Shown: positions 45,222 through 55,873, counted from the stretch's first letter. The stretch is DNA of 64,000 nt from Nitrospirota bacterium (GCA_021789935.1 JAJYIR010000001.1:75807-139806); one strand, 5' to 3'. Notes: generated from the letters alone by a model not told the origin. A program made the numbers and translations.

Positions 45222-46352
45222 ATGTTCGAACGCCTGCCGGTGATGCTGATAAAAGAGTTCGTCCAACTCAGGCGTGACCGCTGGGCGATGTTTCGCCTGA
45301 TAGTCCCCATGATCATCCAGATGTTCGTCTTCGGCTATGCGGCCACTTTCACGGTCAGTCACGTCTCAACGGCAATCCTCGATCTCGACCAGAGCCAGGC
45401 CAGCCGCAGCCTGATATCTCACTTCGTTGCCACCTCCCGTTTCGACGTCGTCGATGTGGCCAGGAACCAGAGCGGCATTACCCGCGATATCGACCGCGGC
45501 ACCGCAGTCATCGCCATCGTCATTCATGCCGGTTTTGGACAGCGCCTGGAGAATGGACAGGGCGCGCCGCTTCAGGTGATCGTGGACGGAACGAATTCGA
45601 ACACGGCACTGATTGCGCTCGGCTATATAAACCAGATCGTCTCACAGTTCTCCGCTGATCAGTCAAGCCGGGCCTCTTCTTTTCGCGCGAGTGCCGCTGC
45701 TCCTGAAATCGGGATTTCGCTTCAGACATACCCCTGGTTCAATGAGGGGCTGGACGATCGCTGGTTCTTTATCCCCGGCGTCATCGGCACCCTCACATTA
45801 ATACAGGTGGTCAGTCTCACGGCATTTGCCATCGTGCGCGAGCGCGAGGCAGGTACGCTCGAACAGATCATGGTCAGCCCGATCCGGCCAGTTGAGTTCA
45901 TACTTGGCAAGACCGTACCTTTTTTCCTCATCGGCCTTGGCGATATCGCGCTAGTGACCTCAATCGGCATTCTTTGGTTCCGCATACCATTTATCGGAAG
46001 CCCGTGGGTCATGCTGCTTGGCGCGGCTCTTTACCTGCTGGCGGCCCTCAGCATGGGTCTTTTATTGTCGACGTTCTCACAGACCCAGCAACAGGCATTT
46101 GCCCTCAACTTCTTTTTCGTCAACCCCTTCTACATCCTCTCGGGCTTCGCCTTCCCGATTGCGGCAATGCCAAAACTCCTGCAATGGTTCACTTTCGTCA
46201 ATCCTTTACGTTATTTCCTCGTCGTCATTCGCGCCGTTTTCCTCAAGGGGGTCGGGATCAAGGTACTCTGGCCGGACCTTGCTGCGATGGCGTTGCTTGC
46301 TTTGGCAATGCTAACGGTAAGCATACTGCGCTTTCGCAAGTCGATGGATTAG
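45222..46352 (+). CDS. ABC-2 type permease (paralogue)
   Basis: Same architecture as the preceding permease. REREAGTLEQIMVSP motif. Confidence 0.85.
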   Translation: MFERLPVMLIKEFVQLRRDRWAMFRLIVPMIIQMFVFGYAATFTVSHVSTAILDLDQSQASRSLISHFVATSRFDVVDVARNQSGITRDIDRGTAVIAIVIHAGFGQRLENGQGAPLQVIVDGTNSNTALIALGYINQIVSQFSADQSSRASSFRASAAAPEIGISLQTYPWFNEGLDDRWFFIPGVIGTLTLIQVVSLTAFAIVREREAGTLEQIMVSPIRPVEFILGKTVPFFLIGLGDIALVTSIGILWFRIPFIGSPWVMLLGAALYLLAALSMGLLLSTFSQTQQQAFALNFFFVNPFYILSGFAFPIAAMPKLLQWFTFVNPLRYFLVVIRAVFLKGVGIKVLWPDLAAMALLALAMLTVSILRFRKSMD

Positions 46353-46602
46353 GGCCAGCCCTCAGGGATGCCCTGAGAATTGCTGATTTGATTGATTCGT
46401 TTGGTTACAATCGAAATTAGTGCTCTGCATTTGGCTAGAAAGTGGGCTCACGTTGGGGATAGGGAATAACTTGCGCCCATAAGGGAAACTCCGATTGTGG
46501 GGGTTAGAAGGAACGCCCGGATTTCCCCCACCTGTTTTAAGCGGGTAAAAATGCAGGCCCGCACCGGCAAAAAAACAAAAAATCAAATTAAAAATTAAAA
46601 AC

Positions 46603-47586
46603 CTACTGATACCATCCGAGAGACTCTTTTACGGCTGACATCGTGGCCCTGGCGGCGGCGCCCGCTTTTTTTGCCCCCTCGTTCACCACGTCCTTTAGGT
46701 AGGAAGGGTTTTCTATGAGGGCTTTTCTTTTCTCCCAGATGGGCTCAAGCACGCGGAGCACGTTTTTAATGAGCACGCCCTTGCAGTCCAGGCATCCGAT
46801 GCCCGCGCTTATGCACCCCTTTACCACCCAGTCCTTCTCATCGGAGGCCGAGAATATCTTGTGCAGCTGGTAAACGGGACAAAGCTCCGGGTTCCCCGCA
46901 TCAGAGCGGCGCTTCCTGGCCGGGTCCGTCATCATCGTCTTTATCTTCGCCGTCACATCCCCCGGCGCGTCAGAAAGGTAAATGGCGTTTCCGTAGCTCT
47001 TGCTCATCTTCCTGCCATCCACGCCCGGCAACTTGGGAAATTCAGTCAGCAGCCCCTCGGGCTCCGGCAAAACGCCGCCGTAGAGGTGATTGAACCTGCG
47101 GCATATCTCGCGGGTTATCTCCAGATGCGGGAGCTGGTCCTGGCCCACCGGAACGTAGCCGGCCCTGTATATGAGGATATCGGCGGACTGCAACACAGGG
47201 TATCCCAAAAAACCGTATGTGGACAAGTCCCTGTCCTGCAGCTCCTCCCTTTTCTCCTTGTAGGTGGGCACCCTTTCAAGCCAGCCAAGCGGGGTGATCA
47301 TCGATAGGATAAGATGGAGCTCTGCGTGCTCGGGCACCATGGACTGGACAAAGATGGTGCATTTTTCGGGGTCCAGTCCCGCGGAAAGAAAATTCAAAAG
47401 CAGGTCCATCGTGCTTTCTTTTATTACGGCGGGGTTCTGGTACCCCGAGGTAAGCGCGTGCCAGTCCGCAACGAAGTAAAAACATTCATATTCCTGCTGG
47501 AGCCGCACCCAGTTCTGAAGGGCCCCCACAAGGTTGCCCAGGTGCAGCTTCCCGCTTGCCTGCATTCCGCTTAAGACCCTTTTCAT
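46603..47586 (-). CDS. trpS: Tryptophan-tRNA ligase
   Basis: Class I HIGH-like SGKLHLGN and KMSKS. Confidence 0.95.
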   Translation of the reverse strand: MKRVLSGMQASGKLHLGNLVGALQNWVRLQQEYECFYFVADWHALTSGYQNPAVIKESTMDLLLNFLSAGLDPEKCTIFVQSMVPEHAELHLILSMITPLGWLERVPTYKEKREELQDRDLSTYGFLGYPVLQSADILIYRAGYVPVGQDQLPHLEITREICRRFNHLYGGVLPEPEGLLTEFPKLPGVDGRKMSKSYGNAIYLSDAPGDVTAKIKTMMTDPARKRRSDAGNPELCPVYQLHKIFSASDEKDWVVKGCISAGIGCLDCKGVLIKNVLRVLEPIWEKRKALIENPSYLKDVVNEGAKKAGAAARATMSAVKESLGWYQ

Positions 47587-48266
47587 ATGCCAAAACTCCC
47601 TTTTGTAAAGATATTCATAATCGCCAGCAAGATCCTCATCATTGGGTCAATGAAATAAGAGGCGGCCCCTGTAAATATAAGCAGCATAACGATTATAAAA
47701 CCATACCGCTCCAGCTTCTCAAAGGTGTACGCCTGCCTTGCAGGCAGCAGCCCGGCCAGCACCCTGCCGCCGTCCAGCGGGGGGATAGGTATCAGGTTGA
47801 AGGCGGCAAGCAGAAGGTTTATCCACACACTTTGTTTCAGCATCCCGCCGACTGGCCGAAGGATGCTGTTGAACATTTGGGGGCTTGCCGTTAAGGCCAG
47901 GGGCAAAAGGGCGTAAGTAAGCAGAACGCCGCTTGTTATGGCCAGCACCATATTGGTCACGGGCCCGGCAAGGGCGCTAAGCGCCATTCCCTTCCTCGGG
48001 TTTTTGAAGTTGTATGGATTTATGGGCACCGGCTTGGCATAGCCGAAAACGAACTGCCCCCTCGTCAACACAAGAAGGGCAATCGGCATGAGCACCGTAC
48101 CGATGGGGTCTATGTGCGCCAGGGGATTGAGTGAGAGCCTTCCCATGGACTTTGCGGTCTTGTCCCCCTGGAGGTAGGCCACATACCCGTGAGCCACCTC
48201 GTGAAAGGTGACGGCAATAAGGATGGGGACAAGCGATAAGGATACCTGCCTTAGAATGCTATCCAC
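47583..48266 (-). CDS. Site-2 protease family (M50) membrane metalloprotease
   Basis: HEVAHG zinc motif in a TM helix, and NLIPIPPLDGG. Confidence 0.85.
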   Translation of the reverse strand: MDSILRQVSLSLVPILIAVTFHEVAHGYVAYLQGDKTAKSMGRLSLNPLAHIDPIGTVLMPIALLVLTRGQFVFGYAKPVPINPYNFKNPRKGMALSALAGPVTNMVLAITSGVLLTYALLPLALTASPQMFNSILRPVGGMLKQSVWINLLLAAFNLIPIPPLDGGRVLAGLLPARQAYTFEKLERYGFIIVMLLIFTGAASYFIDPMMRILLAIMNIFTKGSFGI

Positions 48267-48401
48267 CTGAAACCTCTGTGCTTTTCATGTTTTGACATAT
48301 AGATTAACATTTTTTTGAAGCCGGCTGGCCCGTAGAGTTTCGAAAACGGCATGGGCAGGCCAGGTTGCAGCCGCATCCCGCCCATGCGTCTGTTTGCAAT
48401 G

Positions 48402-48430
48402 AAAAAGGGACGATGATCCGCCCCTTTTTT
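48402..48430 (-). terminator. Rho-independent terminator after pckA (A/T runs on both sides)
   Basis: On the minus strand GGGGCG pairs with CGTCCC (one G-U pair) and is followed by TTTTT. Confidence 0.6.
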
Positions 48431-48448
48431 AAAAAAACCCTTACTTGC

Positions 48449-50113
48449 TCAGACCGGGTTCAGCACCCTGTCTATCACTGTCCTTGCAACTACCAGGGGG
48501 TCTATGAAGGAGCTATCCATGTCCTGTTCCAGGTCCCTCTTGTTGGAGAGATAGGTGATCCTGTCCTGCATGCGCTCCCGGAGGAACTCCATGTAGGCGG
48601 CTACCCTGGACGGTTTGTATTTTTTGTCGTAGTCCGGCCCGAAGAGATCGCTTCCATTTTTGGGGATGGACAGGCCCTGGAAGCGCTTCCAGTCGCGCCA
48701 TTCGATGTTGCCCCGGACAAGCTCCGTCATTATCTTAAGGGAAAGCTCCTTGGGAATGTCTATGAGTCCGTCGGGAAGCCCGAAGGCGTGCGTGTTCATT
48801 ATGTAGCACTCGCATCCTGCCTTGAACAGCTTCATGAACTGCTGGCAGTCCACAATCAGGGGATGCACCCTGAAGGGGTTCGCGAAGGGCTCAATGACCA
48901 GCTTGTTCAACTCCTTGGGGTCCACGTTTTCCACGCCCTTGGCCCTAAGCGTGGAGAGCGACGCCCCCATTGCCACTGCCAGGCCTGCGGAATTTATCTT
49001 GCATATGGGCGGCAGGCTGGTGTCCTTCTGCAGCCATATGACCTTGCCCGGCGCCGCGCAAAAATCGTCGTGGTTGAACATGTCGCGGGACTTTATGCAC
49101 CGCCCGTTGTCATTTCTTATGTCCTCCGCCACGATCTTCCGCTCGCCCTCGGGCGTTTCGAGGACCGCCACGTTCTGCGCGGAGTAAAAATAGCGGGTGA
49201 TCGGGTCATTGAACCGGACCGCGTCCGTCTTGTCAAAGAGAGAGGGTTCAAGGGCCGTGGTAAGGTTGTTCTCAAAATCTATAAGGAAGGCGTCATCGTG
49301 CACGACGGTCACTTTTTCATCCGGCTTAAGCGTGCCCTCATGGTCCAGGCTGTTTGTTATGGAGGATTTGCCGGAACCGGACAGCCCGAAAACCGCCACC
49401 GGGGGGTTATTGCCTATGGTCTTGATCCCGCCATGACAGGCAACCATATTGTGGCGCACGCCTACCGTCCAGGCCAGGGTGAGCGTGCCTTTTTTCCGTT
49501 CACCAAAATACCTCATGCCGAGGATAGCGATGCAGTTTTCCTTCTCATCTATTATGACCAGTCCGCTCGGGTGGTCAGGGTGCTTCCATTCGGGGTCCGC
49601 CACAACGAGGATATCGGGCTCGTTGAGCACCCTGGATTTCCTGAATGTAGTGGCCCACGGCTCTATAAACGGCGTGAAATTGAATCCCCAGTCCATCATG
49701 TTCTTGGCGTCCGTTTCCGGGGAGAGAAGATGGGCCTTTATCATGAAGCTTGGATGCAGCCCCACTATGCCCTCAAGCCAGAGACCCGGCCTGCGGTTCA
49801 ACTGATAAAGCGCCTCCAGCAAAATACCCTGCAGTTTGTCCCTGTCTTCCTTTGAAAGCTCCCTGACAAGCCTCCTGGCCTTGGCAGTCCTGCCCACTAC
49901 CCCGCCATCATTTGATACAAGCACCTTTGCGTCCCTCGGCAAACCGAACTGCTCCGGCTTATACATGGGTTCCGTGGTCTCAATGACCTCCGGCTGCTTC
50001 AGGGAAAGCTGGTACAGATCTGCCATCCCCACTTTTCTCACGGAATTTGCCAAAAAGGCGGACTCCACTGCCGCCCTCCATGCCGATAACGGTTTTTTCT
50101 GGAAAGTTGCCAT
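48449..50113 (-). CDS. pckA: Phosphoenolpyruvate carboxykinase (ATP)-like
   Basis: Kinase P-loop GLSGSGKSS, with length and overall pattern matching ATP-PEPCK. The long plus-strand ORF 48365-49855 is its shadow. Confidence 0.8.
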   Translation of the reverse strand: MATFQKKPLSAWRAAVESAFLANSVRKVGMADLYQLSLKQPEVIETTEPMYKPEQFGLPRDAKVLVSNDGGVVGRTAKARRLVRELSKEDRDKLQGILLEALYQLNRRPGLWLEGIVGLHPSFMIKAHLLSPETDAKNMMDWGFNFTPFIEPWATTFRKSRVLNEPDILVVADPEWKHPDHPSGLVIIDEKENCIAILGMRYFGERKKGTLTLAWTVGVRHNMVACHGGIKTIGNNPPVAVFGLSGSGKSSITNSLDHEGTLKPDEKVTVVHDDAFLIDFENNLTTALEPSLFDKTDAVRFNDPITRYFYSAQNVAVLETPEGERKIVAEDIRNDNGRCIKSRDMFNHDDFCAAPGKVIWLQKDTSLPPICKINSAGLAVAMGASLSTLRAKGVENVDPKELNKLVIEPFANPFRVHPLIVDCQQFMKLFKAGCECYIMNTHAFGLPDGLIDIPKELSLKIMTELVRGNIEWRDWKRFQGLSIPKNGSDLFGPDYDKKYKPSRVAAYMEFLRERMQDRITYLSNKRDLEQDMDSSFIDPLVVARTVIDRVLNPV

Positions 50114-50334
50114 TCATGCCTCCAAAAATTCGATTAGATATTTTTAGCCTAAAATGAAAAATTTGTCAACTTAATACCCGTTTTTTCCATTTTGGGCCAT
50201 TTTTTTGAGTTAAAAAGAGCAAAAAATGAAAAATTTCAAAAAAAATTTCAAAAAAACACTAAAAATCTTTTATAAAGCTTTATCTTTGTTAATAAAAAAA
50301 CCACGCTGAAAATAATTTTTGATATAATCAGCGC

Positions 50335-50625
50335 ATGAGACTTGGAGTTTTAATAACCGACTCCGGTTACCGGAAGATGGTAGTGCCCATCCTGAAGGCC
50401 GCCATCAAGAGGGGAGACGAGGTAAACATATTCCTCATGGACGACGGATGCTTCATGTCGGAAGACCCTGAATTCATAAATACGGTGTCCGGAAGGCTCA
50501 AGGTGAACGTATGCGATTTAAACCGCGGGCAGCGAAACCTTGAACTGCCTGGCGAGATACAGGCTGGAAGCCAGTACGACAATATCTCCATGGTGCGCTG
50601 GTGCGACCGGCTGCTGGTGTTCTGA
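50335..50625 (+). CDS. DsrE/TusD-like sulfur-relay protein (short form)
   Basis: VNVCDLNRGQRNL parallels the DsrE/TusD active-site C-x(4-5)-RG. C-terminal DRLLVF is like DsrE. Confidence 0.7.
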   Translation: MRLGVLITDSGYRKMVVPILKAAIKRGDEVNIFLMDDGCFMSEDPEFINTVSGRLKVNVCDLNRGQRNLELPGEIQAGSQYDNISMVRWCDRLLVF

Positions 50626-50901
50626 ATGCCGGAGACAAAGCGCATAGCGGTAATCGTCAAGGACAGGTCTGAGGAGGCGCTGAGGATGGCCCTCGGACTT
50701 ACCCTGTATGATGACATGGTGGACATCTATCTTACGGGGCCCGGACCGGCGCCCACGGAGACGAACCTGATGAACCTGGAGATGCTCAAGGCCATGAAGG
50801 CCGGGCTTTACTCGATTTGCGAAGTTGAGGATTTCAAGAGGGTAAGCGAGGAGGATGTGCCTCAAATTTTGCTAAAGTACGATGTCGTAATCCCCTACTG
50901 A
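50626..50901 (+). CDS. DsrF/TusC-like protein (short form)
   Basis: Contiguous with the upstream gene (stop 50623-50625, ATG at 50626). Similar size and beta-alpha pattern (IAVIVKD...ALRMALGL). The assignment rests on context and pattern. Confidence 0.55.
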   Translation: MPETKRIAVIVKDRSEEALRMALGLTLYDDMVDIYLTGPGPAPTETNLMNLEMLKAMKAGLYSICEVEDFKRVSEEDVPQILLKYDVVIPY

Positions 50902-51068
50902 TGAAAATAGTCCATATATTAAAAAAAGAACCCGGGGCCTTCGATAAGAAGGTAATAGAGACCCACAAGAAAGACAACGAAGTGATAGTCTTCGAGCTTT
51001 TCAGGGAGTTTGACCCGGATGCACTGCTCAAGGCGGTCGAAGAAGCGGAGAAGGTCTTCTGCTGGTGA
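50901..51068 (+). CDS. DsrH/TusB-like mini-protein (55 aa), missing from the ORF track
   Basis: My translation: MKIVHILKKEPGAFDKKVIETHKKDNEVIVFELFREFDPDALLKAVEEAEKVFCW. TGATG overlap with the preceding gene. Confidence 0.45.
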   Translation: MKIVHILKKEPGAFDKKVIETHKKDNEVIVFELFREFDPDALLKAVEEAEKVFCW

Positions 51069-51161
51069 CACTGACGGCAGACAGCCGGGAGGAAGGCAAA
51101 AAATGCCGCCGTGCGTCAGGCTTTTTTTACTTTTTTTGCCTTTTTTGTCACTTGCGGCATG

Positions 51162-51689
51162 CTATGCCCATGGAGTCCCGCCATCCACGGCGCTGTGCTC
51201 TTCCCACATAAACCAGTTGCCCGTGTCAGAAAGAAACTGGCAGGTATTGGAGAAAATAACGTAGTGCTGCTCTTCTTCCTTGATCAGCCTCTCAAAAACG
51301 GCCTTTTCCCTGCTGCCCAGGGCGGCGTTTAACGCGGCCTTTTCATAGAAGTCCACGCTTTCTTTCTCCATCCTCATCGCTATTTCCAGCGCCTGGGTAT
51401 CGTCCGCGGTGGCGGACATGTTTTTTAACATTGACTCCTTGTTTTCCTCAAAGACGGTCCTTATCTTTCTCATGGGGCTCTCTTCCGGAAAGCCTATGTC
51501 CATTCCCTCGAAGATGCATTTCAGCACCTCGAGGTGTCTCTTTTCATCATCGATTATGGACAGGAACATCTTCTTCCCCACCGGGTGGCTCGTCTTCTGC
51601 GCGGCCCTGCCGTAAAAATCGATCGCGTCCGTCTCGGTCTTCATGGCCATCTCAACGGCATCCATCGTCCCACCGGCTTTCTTCTTCAT
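51162..51689 (-). CDS. Rubrerythrin-like ferritin-fold protein (no rubredoxin domain)
   Basis: Two E...ExxH di-iron half-motifs (ETDAIDFY...DEKRHL and EKESVDFY...EEEQHY). Confidence 0.75.
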   Translation of the reverse strand: MKKKAGGTMDAVEMAMKTETDAIDFYGRAAQKTSHPVGKKMFLSIIDDEKRHLEVLKCIFEGMDIGFPEESPMRKIRTVFEENKESMLKNMSATADDTQALEIAMRMEKESVDFYEKAALNAALGSREKAVFERLIKEEEQHYVIFSNTCQFLSDTGNWFMWEEHSAVDGGTPWA

Positions 51690-51696
51690 GGTTTTT

Positions 51697-51855
51697 TTAT
51701 AGTTTTGTGAACTGGTCCTTGCCGGCGCCGCATACAGGGCAAACCCAATCCTCCGGCAGGCCCTCGAACGGCACCCCGGGCTTTATGCCGCTTTCCGGAT
51801 CTCCCAGTTCGGGGTCGTACACATAACCGCATAGTTCACACATCCACTTCTCCAT
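51697..51855 (-). CDS. rub: Rubredoxin (52 aa), missing from the ORF track
   Basis: My translation: [52 protein letters not shown]. This is the canonical CxxCG...CPxCG rubredoxin. Confidence 0.85.
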   Translation of the reverse strand: MEKWMCELCGYVYDPELGDPESGIKPGVPFEGLPEDWVCPVCGAGKDQFTKL

Positions 51856-51915
51856 ACAATTATTATGACCTCCTGAATTTTCCTTAAAAAACTTTAGGAC
51901 AAAAAAGGCGGGCTG

Positions 51916-52542
51916 TCAAACAGGTTTTTGTTTTTTGAAGGGCAAACCGGGTGCCAGGTCGGCCAGGCTATCTGCGGAATATTCACGGCCGGAAGGGAAA
52001 TCGCCGGCGATTTTCAGAAATTCCCACACGACACCCGGATCGAACTGGGTGCCGGCACAGCGGATAAGCTCCGATACGGCGTAGTCCTTGCCCGGAGCTT
52101 TCCTGTAAGGCCTGTCCGCGGTCATGGAATCGAAGGCATCGGCCACGTAAAGTATCCTTGAGAGAAAAGGTATTCCGTCATCCTTCAGCCCGTCCGGATA
52201 TCCGGTGCCGTCATACCGTTCGTGATGGTGCCTTATGACCTGGGCCACGAGCGAAAGGGTGTCCGACTGGCAGAGTATCTCCGCCCCGTGTACCGGGTGC
52301 AGCTTGACAAGCTCGAATTCCGTGCTTGTAAGCCCGCCGCGTTTTTCAAGTACGGAGGCGCAAGTATCCACTTTCCCTATGTCGTGGAGCAGGCCGGCCA
52401 TCCTCAGTGTCTCAATGCTCTTTGCGGAAAGCCCCATCGCCTTGCCTATCTCCACGGCGTATTCCATCACCCGGATCGAATGGCCGTCCATCCAGTCCGG
52501 CTGTCCGGACATGGCTTCAGAAAGAGCTTTAACTTTGTCCAT
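51916..52542 (-). CDS. HD-GYP domain protein (putative c-di-GMP phosphodiesterase)
   Basis: HDIGK and HHERYDGTGYPDGL. Confidence 0.85.
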   Translation of the reverse strand: MDKVKALSEAMSGQPDWMDGHSIRVMEYAVEIGKAMGLSAKSIETLRMAGLLHDIGKVDTCASVLEKRGGLTSTEFELVKLHPVHGAEILCQSDTLSLVAQVIRHHHERYDGTGYPDGLKDDGIPFLSRILYVADAFDSMTADRPYRKAPGKDYAVSELIRCAGTQFDPGVVWEFLKIAGDFPSGREYSADSLADLAPGLPFKKQKPV

Positions 52543-52690
52543 TTAACCTTTTCATCTATAGGCCTTTTTATCTTGCAACTGGTATAAAAATAATAAAAAG
52601 AAATCAATATTGTCAATAGATAATATAAATATATGGAACGATATAAAAAGACCGGTTTTTAAATCAGGGGCTTTTCTGGTATATTTTTGG

Positions 52691-53215
52691 ATGGATATCA
52701 ATTCAAAGGCAATGCTGGAAGCGCTCCTTTTCTCTTCGACGGGTCCCATGGGCCTTAAAGAGATAAAAGAGACAACCGGACTTCCCGAAGCGGAGTTGAA
52801 GGACCTTCTGGATGAAATAAAAACGGAATACGTGCAGCGCGGCGGCGGCATCCTTGTCTCCGAGCTTGCCGGCGGCTACATCATGCATACGAACCCCGAT
52901 TATTCCAACTGGGCCAGGAAGCTCAAGGCCTCGCAGCCCTCCAAGCTTTCCCAGGCATCGCTGGAGACGCTGGCCATAATCGCCTATAAGCAGCCGATAA
53001 CCAAGGCGGAACTCGAGGCCCTGCGCGGGGTGGGCTCCGACGGCGTTATGAAAACCCTGCTGGACAGAAGACTGATAAAGATTATGGGAAGAAAAGAGGC
53101 GCCGGGCAAACCCCTGCTTTTTGGCACCACCCAGGAGTTCCTGATCCAGTTTGGCCTGAAGGACCTCACCGGCCTGCCCACGCTGAAGGAATTCCAGAGA
53201 GAAGACGCGGTTTAG
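52691..53215 (+). CDS. scpB: Segregation and condensation protein B
   Basis: LEALLFSSTGPMGLKEI, and winged-helix repeats with IAYKQPITKAELEALRGV. Internal ATG preferred as the start. Confidence 0.85.
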   Translation: MDINSKAMLEALLFSSTGPMGLKEIKETTGLPEAELKDLLDEIKTEYVQRGGGILVSELAGGYIMHTNPDYSNWARKLKASQPSKLSQASLETLAIIAYKQPITKAELEALRGVGSDGVMKTLLDRRLIKIMGRKEAPGKPLLFGTTQEFLIQFGLKDLTGLPTLKEFQREDAV

Positions 53216-53254
53216 TTCCTTGCCAAAACTGAAAATTAAATGCTATGATGATAA

Positions 53255-54724
<1,470 letters not shown>

Positions 54725-54784
54725 AAACAGCAAAGAATATCTTTTCCCGCCACACCGTTTAAAAGAAAACAGCATCCGTAAAAT

Positions 54785-54849
54785 AAAAACCGCCCCACGG
54801 CTAAAAACCGCCCCACGGCTTGACATCATTTCTTCCACATGATAGAAAT
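54785..54849 (+). promoter_or_regulatory. hsp20 upstream region: an 18-bp perfect tandem direct repeat, a TTGACA promoter and a 6-bp inverted repeat
   Basis: AAAAACCGCCCCACGGCT occurs twice (54785-54802 and 54803-54820). TTGACA is at 54820-54825. TGaTAGAAA lies about 17 nt downstream. ATTTCT/AGAAAT inverted repeat at 54828-54849. Confidence 0.4.
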
Positions 54850-54891
54850 CCATTATCAGGGCTCTGCCTTGAGAAAGGAGGAATTAAAAAC

Positions 54892-55398
54892 ATGGCTAAT
54901 GCCACGATTGAAGAAAAAGAACAATCCGGGAAGGCCGAAAGCCGGGAAATCGCCCCGCTGCACAGGGAGACCTGGCTTTCTCCGTTCCGGGAGATGGAGC
55001 GGATTTTCAATGAGATCACAGGCCGCAGGAGAATGCCTTTCCGTCCGGGCTGGGCAATGCTTGAAGAAGTGGACGCACCGGCTGTCGACATGTACGAAGA
55101 GGCCAACGACCTGGTGCTGAAGGCGGACATTCCCGGGATGAAAAAAGAGGACATAGAGGTGAACATCTCCGGCCACATGGTCACCATCTCAGGAGAGAAA
55201 AAGAAAGAGGAGAAGGTGGAAAGGAAGGACTATTACTGGGTGGAGCGCTCCAGCGGATATTTCACCCGCTCATTCACCCTTCCTGAAAATGTGGAGACCG
55301 GCAAATCAAAAGCGAAGTTCAAGGACGGAGTGCTTGAAATCCGGATACCCAAAACGGAAGAATCGAAGGGAAAGAAGCGGAAACTGCCAATTGAATGA
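54892..55398 (+). CDS. Hsp20/alpha-crystallin small heat-shock protein
   Basis: Alpha-crystallin core (PAVDMYEEANDLVLKADIPGMKKEDIEVNI...FTRSFTLPENV...AKFKDGVLEIRIPK). AAGGAGG SD before the ATG at 54892. Confidence 0.9.
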   Translation: MANATIEEKEQSGKAESREIAPLHRETWLSPFREMERIFNEITGRRRMPFRPGWAMLEEVDAPAVDMYEEANDLVLKADIPGMKKEDIEVNISGHMVTISGEKKKEEKVERKDYYWVERSSGYFTRSFTLPENVETGKSKAKFKDGVLEIRIPKTEESKGKKRKLPIE

Positions 55399-55430
55399 CT
55401 ACAAGACGGGCATTTGCGGCACAAAAATGA

Positions 55431-55466
55431 AAAACGGGGGGATTTTTAAAAATACCCCCGTTTTTG
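55431..55466. terminator. Bidirectional rho-independent terminator between hsp20 and the PilZ gene
   Basis: AAACGGGGG pairs with CCCCCGTTT, flanked by A and T runs. Confidence 0.75.
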
Positions 55467-55479
55467 TATTGGTCTAAAA

Positions 55480-55770
55480 TTAATCGCTAAAGGCCAGCCC
55501 CACCCTGTAAAGCTCCTCGGTTATCTTCCTGCACCACATCACCGTACCTTTCCGGGGGCCTTCCCAGAACGCCCTGCTTGAAACATATAATGTCGAGCCC
55601 TGTTCAAGACGGCCCTGGGTGTAAAAACAAATGCCGCTGTCGCTGATGTTCAGGGTAATGCCGCCTGCCGCCTGATCATCAGCCGCCGCGGCAGGACCGT
55701 AGCTTACAGGCACGGTAACCAAGTCGCGTTTGTGCCTTCTTTTTTCGTGCGCAACCCCACCCGTTGCCAA
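55480..55770 (-). CDS. PilZ domain protein
   Basis: RRHKR (RxxxR) and NISDSGI (D/NxSxxG) motifs. Confidence 0.75.
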   Translation of the reverse strand: MATGGVAHEKRRHKRDLVTVPVSYGPAAAADDQAAGGITLNISDSGICFYTQGRLEQGSTLYVSSRAFWEGPRKGTVMWCRKITEELYRVGLAFSD

Positions 55771-55873
55771 GGGACACCTCCTTGCCGGATTGGAATTTTT
55801 GTAAAAATAAAAATTGGTTTTTGCTGTCGGTGAGCTTAATCAAAGGCTATTACAGGGCCGGGCAAAAGTCAAT

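Noticed and set aside
54820-54891. The N-terminal extension of the hsp20 ORF in the track (a TTG start at 54820).
   Set aside because: That TTG is the -35 TTGACA box of the promoter. A strong AAGGAGG SD precedes the internal ATG at 54892, which yields a normal-length Hsp20.
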